From positions 6,926-70,925 of IMG/VR virus record IMGVR_UViG_3300024999_000089: DNA of 64,000 nt, one strand, 5' to 3'. A program made the position numbers and the translations under genes. A model generated the notes under the pieces. That model was not told the DNA's origin, did not search any database, and was given only the letters and a program-made list of their open reading frames with translations. Source of the DNA: a virus. Positions 18,988 through 30,214 of this stretch are shown one piece after another; the first letter of the stretch is position 1; every line of letters starts with the position of its first letter.

Positions 18988-20772
18988 ATGAATAAAGCAT
19001 TTAATCAATATGGAAAATTAGTAGATATTATTGAATCTATTAAAGAAGATACATATACTTGTCCAGTATGTAAGGAAATTTTAACTAGAAATTTTGGTGC
19101 AATTAAACAATTTTACTCCCATCCTTTTGGCAAAGGTGACGGATGTGAATTAAAATTTAATTATATGATAAAGGATAATAATAATTTTTATAATGAAAAT
19201 GAAATAGATATTCTTAGGAAAGAATATTATGAGAAAACATTTGATGATGTGAAAATTGAATTATCAGATTATATGTCTGATGAAGGTTATTATTTGACAC
19301 AGGAACAGAAGGACATTATATTTGCTGAAGAGGATAGAATCAAGATTGCTGCACTTAGTGGCAGTAGTAAAAGTACGACTCTTTATTATTATGCAAAGGA
19401 AAGACCATTTAAGAAAATACTTTACGTTGTTTATAATAAGTCAATGCGTGAGGAAGCAGATAAATTATATTCTAAACTAAATAATATTACTATAAAAACT
19501 CAACATGGATTTGCCTATGGCATAGTAGGTAAATTTTACAAGAATAAACTTACATTTAATTATGGTGTGGTAGATATTATTAAAGATTTAAAACTTGATT
19601 GGAATAAAGATATGGAATTGGCAGTTAAAATAGATGCGATGATGAAAAAGTATATGTTGTCTGATAAAATTGAATTTGAAGAAATTGAATTATTTAAAGA
19701 TGAAGATGGTAATACAACAGAACAAAGAGAATTGATCATACAAAAATCAAAGGAATTATGGGAGTTAAAGAAGGATTATAAAAACTTAGTAAAGGTGGAG
19801 CATGACTTTTATTTAAAGCTCTTCCATCTTAGCAAAATGGATTTATCTAACAAATTTGACATTATTATGGTAGATGAGTGCCAAGATTTATCTAAACTAT
19901 TACTAGATATACTTAAATCATCTAATGTAAAAGGTATAGTAATTTGTGGTGACATATACCAAAGTTTATACGGATGGAGAGACTCAGTTAATATCCTACC
20001 TCTGTTTGAAGGAAAAGAATATAAATTAACTACATCTTTCAGAGTAAGTCAAAACATTGCTAATATTGCTAATATTATTATCAAAGATATTTATAAAATT
20101 GATATTAACATGAAAGGATTCAATGACAAACAGAAAATAGTGAATGAAATTGATAAGAAAAAACCTTATGTCTGCCTATGTAGGACTAATGCATTTATAT
20201 TAGGTGAAGCAATTGAAGTTATTACTGCTAATAAGAATGCTAAACTCTATTTTGAATCTGGATTTTCAAGTTATAATTTTTCAGTTTTGAAAGATGCATA
20301 CTGGTTCTCCAGAGGGCACAAAGTTAATAATCCTTTATTTAATAAATTTGAAAATTATGAAAAAATGATTAAATATGCCGAAAAAGTTATTGATATAGAG
20401 ATAATTTCTATTAATAGAATGATTGATAAATATGGTAGTTTGATTCCAGAAATCATAGATGGAATCAAAAATAATACAACAACAGATTTAAATAAAGCAA
20501 ATGTTATTTTTAGTACCATACACAAGGCGAAAGGAAAATCGATCTCACTTCCTCTTTATATCTCAGATGACATTTTAGATTTGCCTATGATTTTTAATAA
20601 AGAGTATATAAATAAAGATAATGATAAAGATTTTAAAATTCAAGATTTTTATGAAGAAGCAAACATTGTATATGTTGGTATTACTAGAAGTTCAGGAATA
20701 TGTACCTTTTCGGATAAGATTAAAGATTATTTAATAATGAGATATAATTATTTTAAAGATAAGGAAAATTAA
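18988..20772 (+). CDS. UvrD-like SF1 helicase with an N-terminal CoiA-type zinc finger
   Basis: LTQEQ, variant Walker A ALSGSSKST, VDECQD, GDIYQSLYGWR, LTTSFR, STIHKAKG, YVGITR; CPVC...H...C. Confidence 0.85.
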   Translation: MNKAFNQYGKLVDIIESIKEDTYTCPVCKEILTRNFGAIKQFYSHPFGKGDGCELKFNYMIKDNNNFYNENEIDILRKEYYEKTFDDVKIELSDYMSDEGYYLTQEQKDIIFAEEDRIKIAALSGSSKSTTLYYYAKERPFKKILYVVYNKSMREEADKLYSKLNNITIKTQHGFAYGIVGKFYKNKLTFNYGVVDIIKDLKLDWNKDMELAVKIDAMMKKYMLSDKIEFEEIELFKDEDGNTTEQRELIIQKSKELWELKKDYKNLVKVEHDFYLKLFHLSKMDLSNKFDIIMVDECQDLSKLLLDILKSSNVKGIVICGDIYQSLYGWRDSVNILPLFEGKEYKLTTSFRVSQNIANIANIIIKDIYKIDINMKGFNDKQKIVNEIDKKKPYVCLCRTNAFILGEAIEVITANKNAKLYFESGFSSYNFSVLKDAYWFSRGHKVNNPLFNKFENYEKMIKYAEKVIDIEIISINRMIDKYGSLIPEIIDGIKNNTTTDLNKANVIFSTIHKAKGKSISLPLYISDDILDLPMIFNKEYINKDNDKDFKIQDFYEEANIVYVGITRSSGICTFSDKIKDYLIMRYNYFKDKEN

Positions 20773-20776
20773 TTAT

Positions 20777-20998
20777 ATGGAATTAAATTATATTGAATTA
20801 ATACCTATTTTTTGTTTTTATATTGTAGAGACTATATTGTTAAGTGTTTTATTATGTACAATAATTGATTTATTAATACCAGTTACAAAAAATAGTATAT
20901 TATATAACGAAAGTAATAATAAAAGTATAGATATATGTTTTTTCAATAATTGTGATGAAGATGATCATATATTTATATATAATCCACCATCATTTTAA
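20777..20998 (+). CDS. Small membrane protein
   Basis: Hydrophobic N-terminus; in operon. Confidence 0.5.
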   Translation: MELNYIELIPIFCFYIVETILLSVLLCTIIDLLIPVTKNSILYNESNNKSIDICFFNNCDEDDHIFIYNPPSF

Positions 20999-21037
20999 AT
21001 TTAAAATATAATATAATAATAAAGGAGAAAATAATTT

Positions 21038-21754
21038 ATGTGGAAAGTAGTACCTATGTGTGAAAAACAATTAAGAGATATAAATAAAAATGATATATTA
21101 CATAATGGATATTTTAGAAAATGTAATACATATAAATCTGGTGGAGGGTATGATAAATTCCCTCAAATAGCAAAAGAAAGATTGAATATGAATGGTAATA
21201 ATCAATTTGTAGTACAATTATATGGGTGTACATTAGATTGCCCGTACTGCTATGTAACTAGAGATGGTATTTGGGGAGAATATAAAAAGTTTTCAACTGA
21301 TGAATTAATTGATTGTTTTATAGAATCTAAACAAGATGTATTTCATTTAATGGGTGGGAGTCCTGCATTATACATAGAAAATTGGCATGAGATTATTAAT
21401 AAATTACCAAAAGACAAAATATTTCATAGTGATTTATTATTAGTAGAAAAGGAATATAAATTAGAATGTTTGAATAGTATTAAATCTAATAACTCTTTAT
21501 ATGCAGTAAATATTAAAGGTGTTACTTTAGATGATTTTTATCAAAATACAAATAGAAAATTCAATAAAGAATTATTTTATAGTAATTTTGATAAAATTGT
21601 TGAATCAGGTATTAATTTCTATTTAACATTTACTAATCCTGATAAAAGTAAAATTATTGAGTTTGCAAAATCATTAATTGATAAGTATGGTAAAAAAATA
21701 ACAGAAGATGCATTTATAATTAATTTAATTGATTATGATGCATTGAATGATTAA
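21038..21754 (+). CDS. Radical SAM superfamily protein
   Basis: CxxxCxxC motif CTLDCPYC and GGSP. Confidence 0.8.
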   Translation: MWKVVPMCEKQLRDINKNDILHNGYFRKCNTYKSGGGYDKFPQIAKERLNMNGNNQFVVQLYGCTLDCPYCYVTRDGIWGEYKKFSTDELIDCFIESKQDVFHLMGGSPALYIENWHEIINKLPKDKIFHSDLLLVEKEYKLECLNSIKSNNSLYAVNIKGVTLDDFYQNTNRKFNKELFYSNFDKIVESGINFYLTFTNPDKSKIIEFAKSLIDKYGKKITEDAFIINLIDYDALND

Positions 21755-21792
21755 TTTTTATAAAAACAAATAACAAATTGTAAATATAATTG

Positions 21793-21822
21793 TTGACATA
21801 CTCTTCCCTACTGTGTTATAAT
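21793..21822 (+). promoter_or_regulatory. sigmaA promoter overlapped by an inverted repeat
   Basis: TTGACA-N18-TATAAT with extended -10 TG; CTTCCCTACT/AGTAGGGAAG arms. Confidence 0.7.
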
Positions 21823-21951
21823 ACAAATAGTAGGGAAGAAAATTAATTACATAGTTTTTATATAGTATATAGTTTTTAATTAACTAATCAATTCAATAAT
21901 AATTAAGCAAAAGTAATAAAATCTATAAAGAAAGGAGGTGTACTCCCCTAT

Positions 21952-22278
21952 TTGCAGAAATTTATCAACACTTACAGAGTATTTCTTCAAAAAGATTTAC
22001 AAGGTAAACCAAGTAAAAATATTCATGATACATATTTAATAACTAAAAATAAAAACTACATATATCGTTATAGTAAAACTACATTAGCAATATTTTTTAC
22101 ATCAAATAATTCTAAAAATATATATCTTCCATTATTAGAAAAGGAAATAAAAATAAAGGAGTTTATAAGTAGTGATTTAGAAAGTATTTATCATTTCCCT
22201 GAAAGTGAATTATCACAAGTAGCAAAAATTATGAAAATACAAACAATACATAAATCAGTATTCCCTAATTTTGAGTAG
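21952..22278 (+). CDS. Hypothetical protein
   Basis: AAAGGAGGTG RBS. Confidence 0.7.
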   Translation: MQKFINTYRVFLQKDLQGKPSKNIHDTYLITKNKNYIYRYSKTTLAIFFTSNNSKNIYLPLLEKEIKIKEFISSDLESIYHFPESELSQVAKIMKIQTIHKSVFPNFE

Positions 22279-22748
22279 TGAGATTGTAAAAATAATTTAA
22301 TTTAATTGTAAAAATTAAATACAAAAAATACACATGGAAATAACACATCAATGTAAAATATCATTAATTTTATAAGTGCCTCTAAACCCTTATAAATTAA
22401 GCGTTTACAAGTATAATGTTTATAAAGTCAATAATAATAGTAGTTTTAAGCACATTTTGAGTAAAAAATCGTTAAATTATGCCTCTATTTCAAGAGACAT
22501 ATAAATTTTTATATAAGTGTACCTAATTGGATTTTTAGTGGTTAATTTGAGGTTGAATTTGACGTTTTTGATTAAATTTTATAGAAAGGATTTAATATGA
22601 TAAAAATTAATGAAAATTATTTAGTTTTTAATTCAAATAGAAAAGGTAGAAATTATTTGATTATCAAAGATAGAAAATTGTTTTTAGAGTTAGTTAAACA
22701 AAAGGAAAAACAAAATAAAAATAAAAAATAAGAAAGAAGGAAATTAAT

Positions 22749-23216
22749 ATGAGTAATCATGAAAATAAATCAATCCCTGTAATTACACATCCATCACAAT
22801 CACAAAAAGATAAAATAAGAACAGATTTTACACCAGTTATAAGATCAAAAATTACATATAGTGGGAAGTTAATTTATGAAAAACCTAATGGTGATTATGA
22901 AATACTTATCCCCTCCCCTATTAGAGAATCAAAATTAATCAACTTATCAAACACATTATTTAATTTGTGTTACTCTGCAAGGAATTATGTAGTATTAAAA
23001 ATTATGAATGGTTGCAAGATTGAGTATGCTAACAATGGAAATTTAACAAAGGATTATGATGATAAACATTTATTTGTTTACCATGTTGGAGATAAAGAAA
23101 TTGAGAGTATATTATTTAATTTAGTTGGAGAATGGATTGATATTGAAATTGAATGTTGTTTTAGTATTGATGATTTGAGAAAGTTAGGAGTAGAAATTAT
23201 AGATGATGCAAAATAA
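22749..23216 (+). CDS. Hypothetical protein
   Basis: ORF with RBS. Confidence 0.7.
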   Translation: MSNHENKSIPVITHPSQSQKDKIRTDFTPVIRSKITYSGKLIYEKPNGDYEILIPSPIRESKLINLSNTLFNLCYSARNYVVLKIMNGCKIEYANNGNLTKDYDDKHLFVYHVGDKEIESILFNLVGEWIDIEIECCFSIDDLRKLGVEIIDDAK

Positions 23217-23430
23217 AATTGAGAATAAAATTAAAGGAGTAAATAAGTTTGTTAATATAAATGTAACAACTGATTATTGTGCTAAATGTGGTAAACCAAT
23301 AGATAGCAAAGATAAATACATAAGAAAAGACCAAAACGATAATTTATTCTGTGATAAAGAATGTTTGAAAGAGTATTGGAATGAGGTAAGAAGAGAAATT
23401 GGAGATAGATTTTATGGATGGGATAGGTAG
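23203..23430 (+). CDS. Small zinc-finger protein
   Basis: CAKC...FCDKEC. Confidence 0.65.
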   Translation: MMQNKIENKIKGVNKFVNINVTTDYCAKCGKPIDSKDKYIRKDQNDNLFCDKECLKEYWNEVRREIGDRFYGWDR

Positions 23431-23457
23431 GATAATGAAAGGAGATTATAATTATCT

Positions 23458-23892
23458 ATGCTTTTATGTTTAAAATGTTACAAAACATATAATCAGAAAA
23501 CAATTAAGAAGAATACATGTAAAATAAAATCATGTCATGGAGAAGTAGTTGAAATTGATGAATTATTTATTCCTGTAATTGCTGAATTAAATAGAAAAGG
23601 TTATGATACTTTATTTTGTTGTAGTGGACATATTAAAGATGATTCTAATAGTTACATATATTTTTATGATGATGTTGTATTACCTAGTTTACCTGATGGA
23701 TATTTGTATGATCAAGATATGTATCCACATGTAGATTGGAATAAATATGAAGTCAAGAATACTATAAGAAAGAAATTTGATGATAAAAATAAAAGTATCA
23801 ATGAATTAGGAAGAGATATTTATAATAATGTTTTAATGGTTATGGATTGGGTAGATGGTTTAGAAGATTTGAATAGTGATAAAAGTAATTAA
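23458..23892 (+). CDS. Hypothetical protein with a zinc ribbon and TxxCCSGH motif
   Basis: CLKC...CKIKSC and LNRKGYDTLFCCSGH; AAAGGAG RBS. Confidence 0.7.
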   Translation: MLLCLKCYKTYNQKTIKKNTCKIKSCHGEVVEIDELFIPVIAELNRKGYDTLFCCSGHIKDDSNSYIYFYDDVVLPSLPDGYLYDQDMYPHVDWNKYEVKNTIRKKFDDKNKSINELGRDIYNNVLMVMDWVDGLEDLNSDKSN

Positions 23893-23919
23893 TTAGTAAA
23901 ATAAAAAGGAGAAATCAAT

Positions 23920-24360
23920 ATGAAAACAAACAAAAATTTTATTATATCTGAATATGATTTAGAAGAAATCGAAATAATTATGGAAGAAAAATTACATAAA
24001 TTTGTAGTAGAAACTTTTGGTGAAGAAACATCTAAAAACATAAAAGTAAAATCAGAATATATGGAATACATGGATGACAATATGAGATGTTTTAAAGATG
24101 AATTAAGATGTGAATTATGGTTAGAAGTTAGTTTTCCACAATATAATTATTTAGTTAAAGGTCATGGAGTTAGAAATGAGAGTATTAGTATGATGTTGGA
24201 ATATAAAGGTAGTAAACCATTTTATATTAATGGTAAGTTTGTTAGTAGAAATGTTTTTGAATGGATACAAGGTGGAATTATACAGAAGTGTGAAAGTATT
24301 TATGGGATTGGTAAGGATGAATTATATGAGAGGTTTAATGAGTATATGATGGATTGTTAG
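23920..24360 (+). CDS. Hypothetical protein
   Basis: AAAGGAG RBS. Confidence 0.7.
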   Translation: MKTNKNFIISEYDLEEIEIIMEEKLHKFVVETFGEETSKNIKVKSEYMEYMDDNMRCFKDELRCELWLEVSFPQYNYLVKGHGVRNESISMMLEYKGSKPFYINGKFVSRNVFEWIQGGIIQKCESIYGIGKDELYERFNEYMMDC

Positions 24361-24466
24361 GTGAATGTTTTATTGATTAATTGAATGGATTGGGATTAGT
24401 ACAAGGGTGAAATATCTCTTGTACTAATAAATATTTTATAAATATATTAAAAAGGAGGATAATATA

Positions 24467-26311
24467 TTGAATTTTGAAAATATACAAATGGCAGTTGTTA
24501 GAAGAAAAAGTGATGGTAGTAAAATTAACATTAGTCAGATTAATGAAGATAACAGGCATGATGAATATGAATGTATAGTATGTGGTTCTGAAGTTATTCC
24601 TGTTGCTCCTAATGGTAAAATTGTAAATGGTAAAAATGCAAAAGTAACACCTCATTTTAAACATTTAAATGCTGAAAAATGTGGACAAGAATCTTTTATG
24701 CATTTTTGGATGAAAACAGAATTTATAAAAATAGGGGATAGATTTAATGTAATAACTGATAAAGTAAATGAATATGTTTGCAATCAAATTTTATTTGAAG
24801 TACAAATAAATATTGGTGATAGGAAATATATACCAGATGCAACCATTCGTACTTCTTGTGGTAGTATTATTCATTTTGAATTTAATTATAGCAATAGTAA
24901 GAAAATTAAAGATTATATAGATAGATGGAGAAAGTTAAATAATATTATAGTTGAAGTTAATATTAATTCTATGATGTGTGTTTTTGATAATTCTATTCCA
25001 ACACTTAAAGCATTATATTATGAAGGAAAATGTTTCAATTTAAATGATGAAGATAAATTATATTATGATACAATTGGAGAATATAAATTAACTAAGTATG
25101 ATGAAAAAGTTCTTAAAGTAAGAGAAGATGAAATGCAAAATCTAGATTGGTTATGGGATGAGATTAGAAAAATTAAATATGAGAATAAAGATTATAATAA
25201 TATTCCTAATTTTATACGTTCTATATCTTCAGAAGAAGGAAGAAAAATTGCAATTGATATATTATCGAGAGTAAAATGTGGCAATAGTATATTACATAAT
25301 TATGTACATCATATAAAATCAAATATTGATAAAAAATTAAAACTTTTAAATTTAAAACATAATGGGTATTTAATAAAATATGAAACAAAAATCCCTAGAC
25401 TTATTTATGATAGAATTTTTGATGGGATTATTATTGAATTTTATGTTTTAGATAATGATGAACCAGAAATTTATCAAACTTATAATTATAATTTTAGAGA
25501 TGAAATATTAAGTGAAAATTTGAAACATAGGATTGATAATGAAGTTAAAAGGTTATTATTATCAAACGATTTACTATTGCATATATTAGAAGTTTTAAAA
25601 TTAAATAATAAAATAGTTGATTATAAATTACATTATAAAGAGAGTACAGATTATATTGATTCAATTTATTTTGAAGACTATAGAAATAAAAAGTATGTAA
25701 TTTATGATTATGGTTATTACCATCATAATGAAACAATTGTAAATTTCAAAAATATTTTTGGTAATATTATTGATGACAATACAATATGTATTAATTTACA
25801 TATAAAGTATTTTAATAATATTAATTTCTTTATTATTGAAAATGAAGATTCATATAATTTTACTAATAAAGCACCAGTAAATTATATATTTAATAAATTA
25901 TTTAAACAAAAAGAAATTAATTTAACTTATTTTAAAATAGATAATACATTTAAGTTTTTACCTAGATATAATTTTGTTAATAAAACTGATGAATTATTAG
26001 AAGTAATAAATAAAATTGATTATTTTTTAAATTATTATAAAGATAATTGTATTAATAGTGATGATTATTTAAAAGTATATAATAAAAAAGGGATTGAAAT
26101 AACAGATGTAGAAATCAATAAAGAAATTGAAAAATTATTATATCCAATGATTTATTTATCAAATGAGTGTAAAAATGAATCATTGGATATTGTATTAAAT
26201 AAGAATTTTACAAAAGAATCATTAAATAGTAAAACTCAGGGATGGTTAATAAATGATTTTATAGAAATACTTAATTACTTTAGCAATGTAGAAATTAACA
26301 ATATAAAATAG
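24467..26311 (+). CDS. CoiA-like zinc finger plus PD-(D/E)xK nuclease-domain protein
   Basis: YECIVC...PHFKH...C...ESFMH, then PDA...FEF. Confidence 0.7.
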   Translation: MNFENIQMAVVRRKSDGSKINISQINEDNRHDEYECIVCGSEVIPVAPNGKIVNGKNAKVTPHFKHLNAEKCGQESFMHFWMKTEFIKIGDRFNVITDKVNEYVCNQILFEVQINIGDRKYIPDATIRTSCGSIIHFEFNYSNSKKIKDYIDRWRKLNNIIVEVNINSMMCVFDNSIPTLKALYYEGKCFNLNDEDKLYYDTIGEYKLTKYDEKVLKVREDEMQNLDWLWDEIRKIKYENKDYNNIPNFIRSISSEEGRKIAIDILSRVKCGNSILHNYVHHIKSNIDKKLKLLNLKHNGYLIKYETKIPRLIYDRIFDGIIIEFYVLDNDEPEIYQTYNYNFRDEILSENLKHRIDNEVKRLLLSNDLLLHILEVLKLNNKIVDYKLHYKESTDYIDSIYFEDYRNKKYVIYDYGYYHHNETIVNFKNIFGNIIDDNTICINLHIKYFNNINFFIIENEDSYNFTNKAPVNYIFNKLFKQKEINLTYFKIDNTFKFLPRYNFVNKTDELLEVINKIDYFLNYYKDNCINSDDYLKVYNKKGIEITDVEINKEIEKLLYPMIYLSNECKNESLDIVLNKNFTKESLNSKTQGWLINDFIEILNYFSNVEINNIK

Positions 26312-26326
26312 ATTGGAGGTGTTGTT

Positions 26327-29143
26327 TTGCACAATAGACAATTTTATACATATAAATTTAAATCATCTAGATTAAAAGAATTTAACTATGACATAGAATT
26401 ACCTTTTAATAAAGCAAAAGAATTAAAAGAAGTTGTTGCTTTAGCAGACAATCAGATTCTTAGAAGTATTCGTGATATTAGAAAACATAGTATAAAATAT
26501 AAACATATTGAGAATCTCTTTAAAGAAAGGAATATTAGAAAAGAAAGACATCATTCTATTGAAAATTCAAATAGGATTATTGAAATTCAAAATAGGATAA
26601 ATAGAACTATGTTTATACCTGATTATATAACAGTAGTAATAGAACATCGTTCTCATTATAAAAAAATATTCAATGAAGGTATAATGGTAAACAATAAACG
26701 GTATTCAAGATTAAGTTGTTCTTCAGGACAAGCAAGATTGTCAACAGTAGTATTATGTTGTGAAGAAATAATAGATGAATTAAAAATTAGACTTAATAAT
26801 GGTAGAGATCTAACTAAAAAATTTGCACCTAGTAAATTCAATGCATACTTTGGACTTGCAGGGTCGTCAACATACTTAGTTAGCGAACCTAAGTTTATAG
26901 TTGTAAAAGATTTTATTAATAGTGATAAATTTAAAGCAAATTATGTAATAGAAAAGGATTGGAATATTGATGATGAAATAGATATACGTGAAGTTGAAAT
27001 GGAAATGAATAGAACGGACGGAATGGGTATAATTTCTCCTAAACAAGCAAAAAAATGGGCAAATGAATTAGGATTAGAATGGATTCCTTCTCAATTTTGT
27101 ATTCGTCAAAGTTTCATTAAAGGGATGCTCTGTACCTTCCCTATTCATGATTTTTGTAAAGAAATTAATAATGGTAATTACATAGTAGATACTATATATA
27201 AAGATTCTGAAGGCAATTATATAAAAGCAGATTTAAGAGAATATGATGTTATCTTAACAGAATCACAGTTCAAACTTTGGGATAGTTATTCAGACATTGA
27301 TTCATATATAGATAATTGTCGGAAAAACAAATTGTATTGGGGAGTATCACAGTATACTCCCAAAGAAGCAAAACATATATTAAAACTTAACTACCAATTT
27401 ATCCAGACATTAAATTTAACTCAAGATGATATAAAAAAACTATCCCAACAATTTGTAGATTGGATATGTGGAGTTTCATATGACAATATATATTATATAT
27501 TACTATTTTTACTAGGAGTAAATAATAACATATTTAGCATTAAAAGATACCTAGATAATAATGATAATTTTTGGATTAAGTGTCTACTAATAAATCCTGA
27601 ATTAAAAAATGATAAATACATACAAACAAAAATTAGAGAATTATTAAAAATTAGAATTCAAAACGGATGTATGGGCGATATTTTTGTAGATGGAAATTTC
27701 CAAGTTTTGGTATACGACCCCTATGGATTTATGCAACATGTTTGTGGATTAGAAGTTACAGGATTGCTTAATAAAAATGAATTTTACTCTAATTATTGGA
27801 ATGAGAAAAATATTAAACAAGTTAATGGAATGAGATCACCTTTAACTTATCGTAGTGAACATGTGATATTAAATTTAAGAAAAGACAAAGAAACTGAAAA
27901 ATGGTTTGAATATTGTAAACTAGGAATTATTTTAAATTATCATGGTCATGAAGTGGTAAATTTTGGGGGAGCAGATGTTGATTATGACATTTTAGCCACA
28001 ACTTCAAATCAAGAAATTATTAATGGAGTATTTAAAGATGAATTACCAGTTGTATACTCACCTCCTACCCCTGAAAAAATTGTGTTTACAGATGAAGATT
28101 TATATATGGCAGATACATTCTCTTTTGGTTCAATAATTGGTTCAATAACAAATAAAAGTAGTAATGGGTATGCTTTATTATCTAATATTGAAAAAATATA
28201 TGGCATAGATAGTGAAGAATATAAATTAACATTATCAAGATTAAAACAATGTTGCAAAGCACAATCTGCTCAAATTGATAAAGCAAAAATAGGAAGAGAA
28301 GTTAAGGGAATACCTAAATTGTGGGTTTACAAACAAAAAATTAATATAGATAAAAATGGTATTGCATTAGATTCAGATATTGTTGTTAAAGAAAAGAATC
28401 TTCATAATAGTATTTTGCTTAATAAATATCCATATTTCTTTAAATATTTATATAAGAATGTAAAGAAATTTTACAATAAATATTGTGAAACAAATGAAAT
28501 TACATGTCATCAAAAATATAAAATGTCATTTAAAAAATTAAAAGAATTAGATAGATTGTCAATTGAACAGAAGCAATTTATTGATAATTTTTATAAATAT
28601 ATGCCTTTAACTTATAGTGATAGTCCAATGAATATTTTATGCAGATACATTGAAGGTATTAATTTTGAAATAAATAAAAAAATAAAATCATTAGATAGTA
28701 GTATTGCAATTATCAATATATATAAAAAGAATAATCATCAATATACTAGTAAACAGTATGAAGAAGTTATACAAATTTTAAATCAACATATGAGTAAAAT
28801 TAAATACAATAAAATCTTATTTAATAATACTGCTAATGATTATAACTATGATGAGAATACTATGCAAAATTTTAAAATTGATAATGATAGTCTTGAACAA
28901 GAATTGAATAAAATTTGTAGTGATGTTTATTTGGTTACTAATATATTACTAGATTATTTTTATAAGGACAAACCAAGTGCAAATAAAAATATTTTATGGA
29001 ATACATACGGAAAGTATATTTACAATAATGTTAAGAATAATACTACTGATAATCCTAAATTCCCATTTCCAAATCCTAAAGGAAAAATATCATATTTAGG
29101 AGTAAATTATTCTTTAAAGGAGTTAAAACTTAATGAATTATAA
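26327..29143 (+). CDS. yonO: YonO-like single-subunit two-barrel RNA polymerase
   Basis: 938 aa; KFNAYFGL, TDGMGIISP, IRQSFIKGM, RSP, catalytic GGADVDYD, IGSITN, QIDKAK; upstream of late genes as in SPbeta. Confidence 0.85.
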   Translation: MHNRQFYTYKFKSSRLKEFNYDIELPFNKAKELKEVVALADNQILRSIRDIRKHSIKYKHIENLFKERNIRKERHHSIENSNRIIEIQNRINRTMFIPDYITVVIEHRSHYKKIFNEGIMVNNKRYSRLSCSSGQARLSTVVLCCEEIIDELKIRLNNGRDLTKKFAPSKFNAYFGLAGSSTYLVSEPKFIVVKDFINSDKFKANYVIEKDWNIDDEIDIREVEMEMNRTDGMGIISPKQAKKWANELGLEWIPSQFCIRQSFIKGMLCTFPIHDFCKEINNGNYIVDTIYKDSEGNYIKADLREYDVILTESQFKLWDSYSDIDSYIDNCRKNKLYWGVSQYTPKEAKHILKLNYQFIQTLNLTQDDIKKLSQQFVDWICGVSYDNIYYILLFLLGVNNNIFSIKRYLDNNDNFWIKCLLINPELKNDKYIQTKIRELLKIRIQNGCMGDIFVDGNFQVLVYDPYGFMQHVCGLEVTGLLNKNEFYSNYWNEKNIKQVNGMRSPLTYRSEHVILNLRKDKETEKWFEYCKLGIILNYHGHEVVNFGGADVDYDILATTSNQEIINGVFKDELPVVYSPPTPEKIVFTDEDLYMADTFSFGSIIGSITNKSSNGYALLSNIEKIYGIDSEEYKLTLSRLKQCCKAQSAQIDKAKIGREVKGIPKLWVYKQKINIDKNGIALDSDIVVKEKNLHNSILLNKYPYFFKYLYKNVKKFYNKYCETNEITCHQKYKMSFKKLKELDRLSIEQKQFIDNFYKYMPLTYSDSPMNILCRYIEGINFEINKKIKSLDSSIAIINIYKKNNHQYTSKQYEEVIQILNQHMSKIKYNKILFNNTANDYNYDENTMQNFKIDNDSLEQELNKICSDVYLVTNILLDYFYKDKPSANKNILWNTYGKYIYNNVKNNTTDNPKFPFPNPKGKISYLGVNYSLKELKLNEL

Positions 29144-29948
29144 ATATAATGAATTAGAGTATGTAGAATTAGTATATAATAAAGGTTTCCAATCTAAATA
29201 TATTTTTACCGAATTAAGATTGTTAGTATTGTATTTTAGAGATGTGTTAGATATGAAACCAAAAGAACGTGAATATAATTTACATGAATTTTGCAAAAAA
29301 TATATTCCTTATTTTAAAAGAGAAAATTATTATAAAACTATCAATAAAGCATTGAAAACAGGTTTAAGTAAGCAACAAAAATTAATTACAATCTCTAAAA
29401 TTGATATATATAAATCTGAATTAGATTATATAAATTTATTAGAAATTAATCAAGAATATAAAAAAGTTATGTTTACATTTTTAGTTCAATTAAAATTAAA
29501 TAAAATAATTTATGAATATAAGTACAATAAAATTTATGATACATTGTATTTTTATGGTGGCAAAATAAAATACAATAACATAAAAAACATATCAAATATT
29601 CCTAAAATTATGTCTTTAAATGATGAAGTAATTAATAAATTAAGCGATTTAAAATTAGTTACTATCTTACATAGAGGGAAAATTATTCTTGATTATATTG
29701 AAAATTGTATACCTGAAGGAGAAATATCATTTGAAGTAACTGATTATGATAATATTGGATTATATTTAGATTATTATAATGAGATTAAAGGTATTATTAA
29801 ATGCAGTAATTGTGATAAGATTATTAAGGTAAAAAATAATAAACATAAATATTGTGAAGTTTGTGCAAAGGAAATTGAAAAAGAAAATCATAGAATTAGA
29901 CAAATAAATTATACTCAAAGAAAAAATGACGAAATAGAAACTTCCTAG
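29133..29948 (+). CDS. Protein coupled to the RNAP gene, with a C-terminal zinc ribbon
   Basis: Overlaps the RNAP stop; CSNC...YCEVC. Confidence 0.7.
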   Translation: MNYKYNELEYVELVYNKGFQSKYIFTELRLLVLYFRDVLDMKPKEREYNLHEFCKKYIPYFKRENYYKTINKALKTGLSKQQKLITISKIDIYKSELDYINLLEINQEYKKVMFTFLVQLKLNKIIYEYKYNKIYDTLYFYGGKIKYNNIKNISNIPKIMSLNDEVINKLSDLKLVTILHRGKIILDYIENCIPEGEISFEVTDYDNIGLYLDYYNEIKGIIKCSNCDKIIKVKNNKHKYCEVCAKEIEKENHRIRQINYTQRKNDEIETS

Positions 29949-30214
29949 AAATACTTATATTTATTATACTTGTTAGTTTTTATAGTTTTTCTTAACTTAT
30001 GATATAAGTATAATTTAAAAAGGAGAATCCTTACCTATTACTATTTAATAGTATTGATAAAGTAGGAACTGATTTATGATGAAGAGAGTTTGGATTTAAC
30101 ATCCTACTCTCTTTTTGTTTGTTTAATTTTAAATCAACTAAACAACAAAACAAACTAAATCATAAACCAATTAAAAACAAAAAATAAACTACAAAAGGAG
30201 AATTAATTTAAACA

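Noticed and set aside
30020-30116. Possible further copy of the endonuclease leader (hairpin plus TGATAA)
   Set aside because: No loop-SD complementarity and no nuclease downstream; the 3' stem with a T-tract fits an intrinsic terminator
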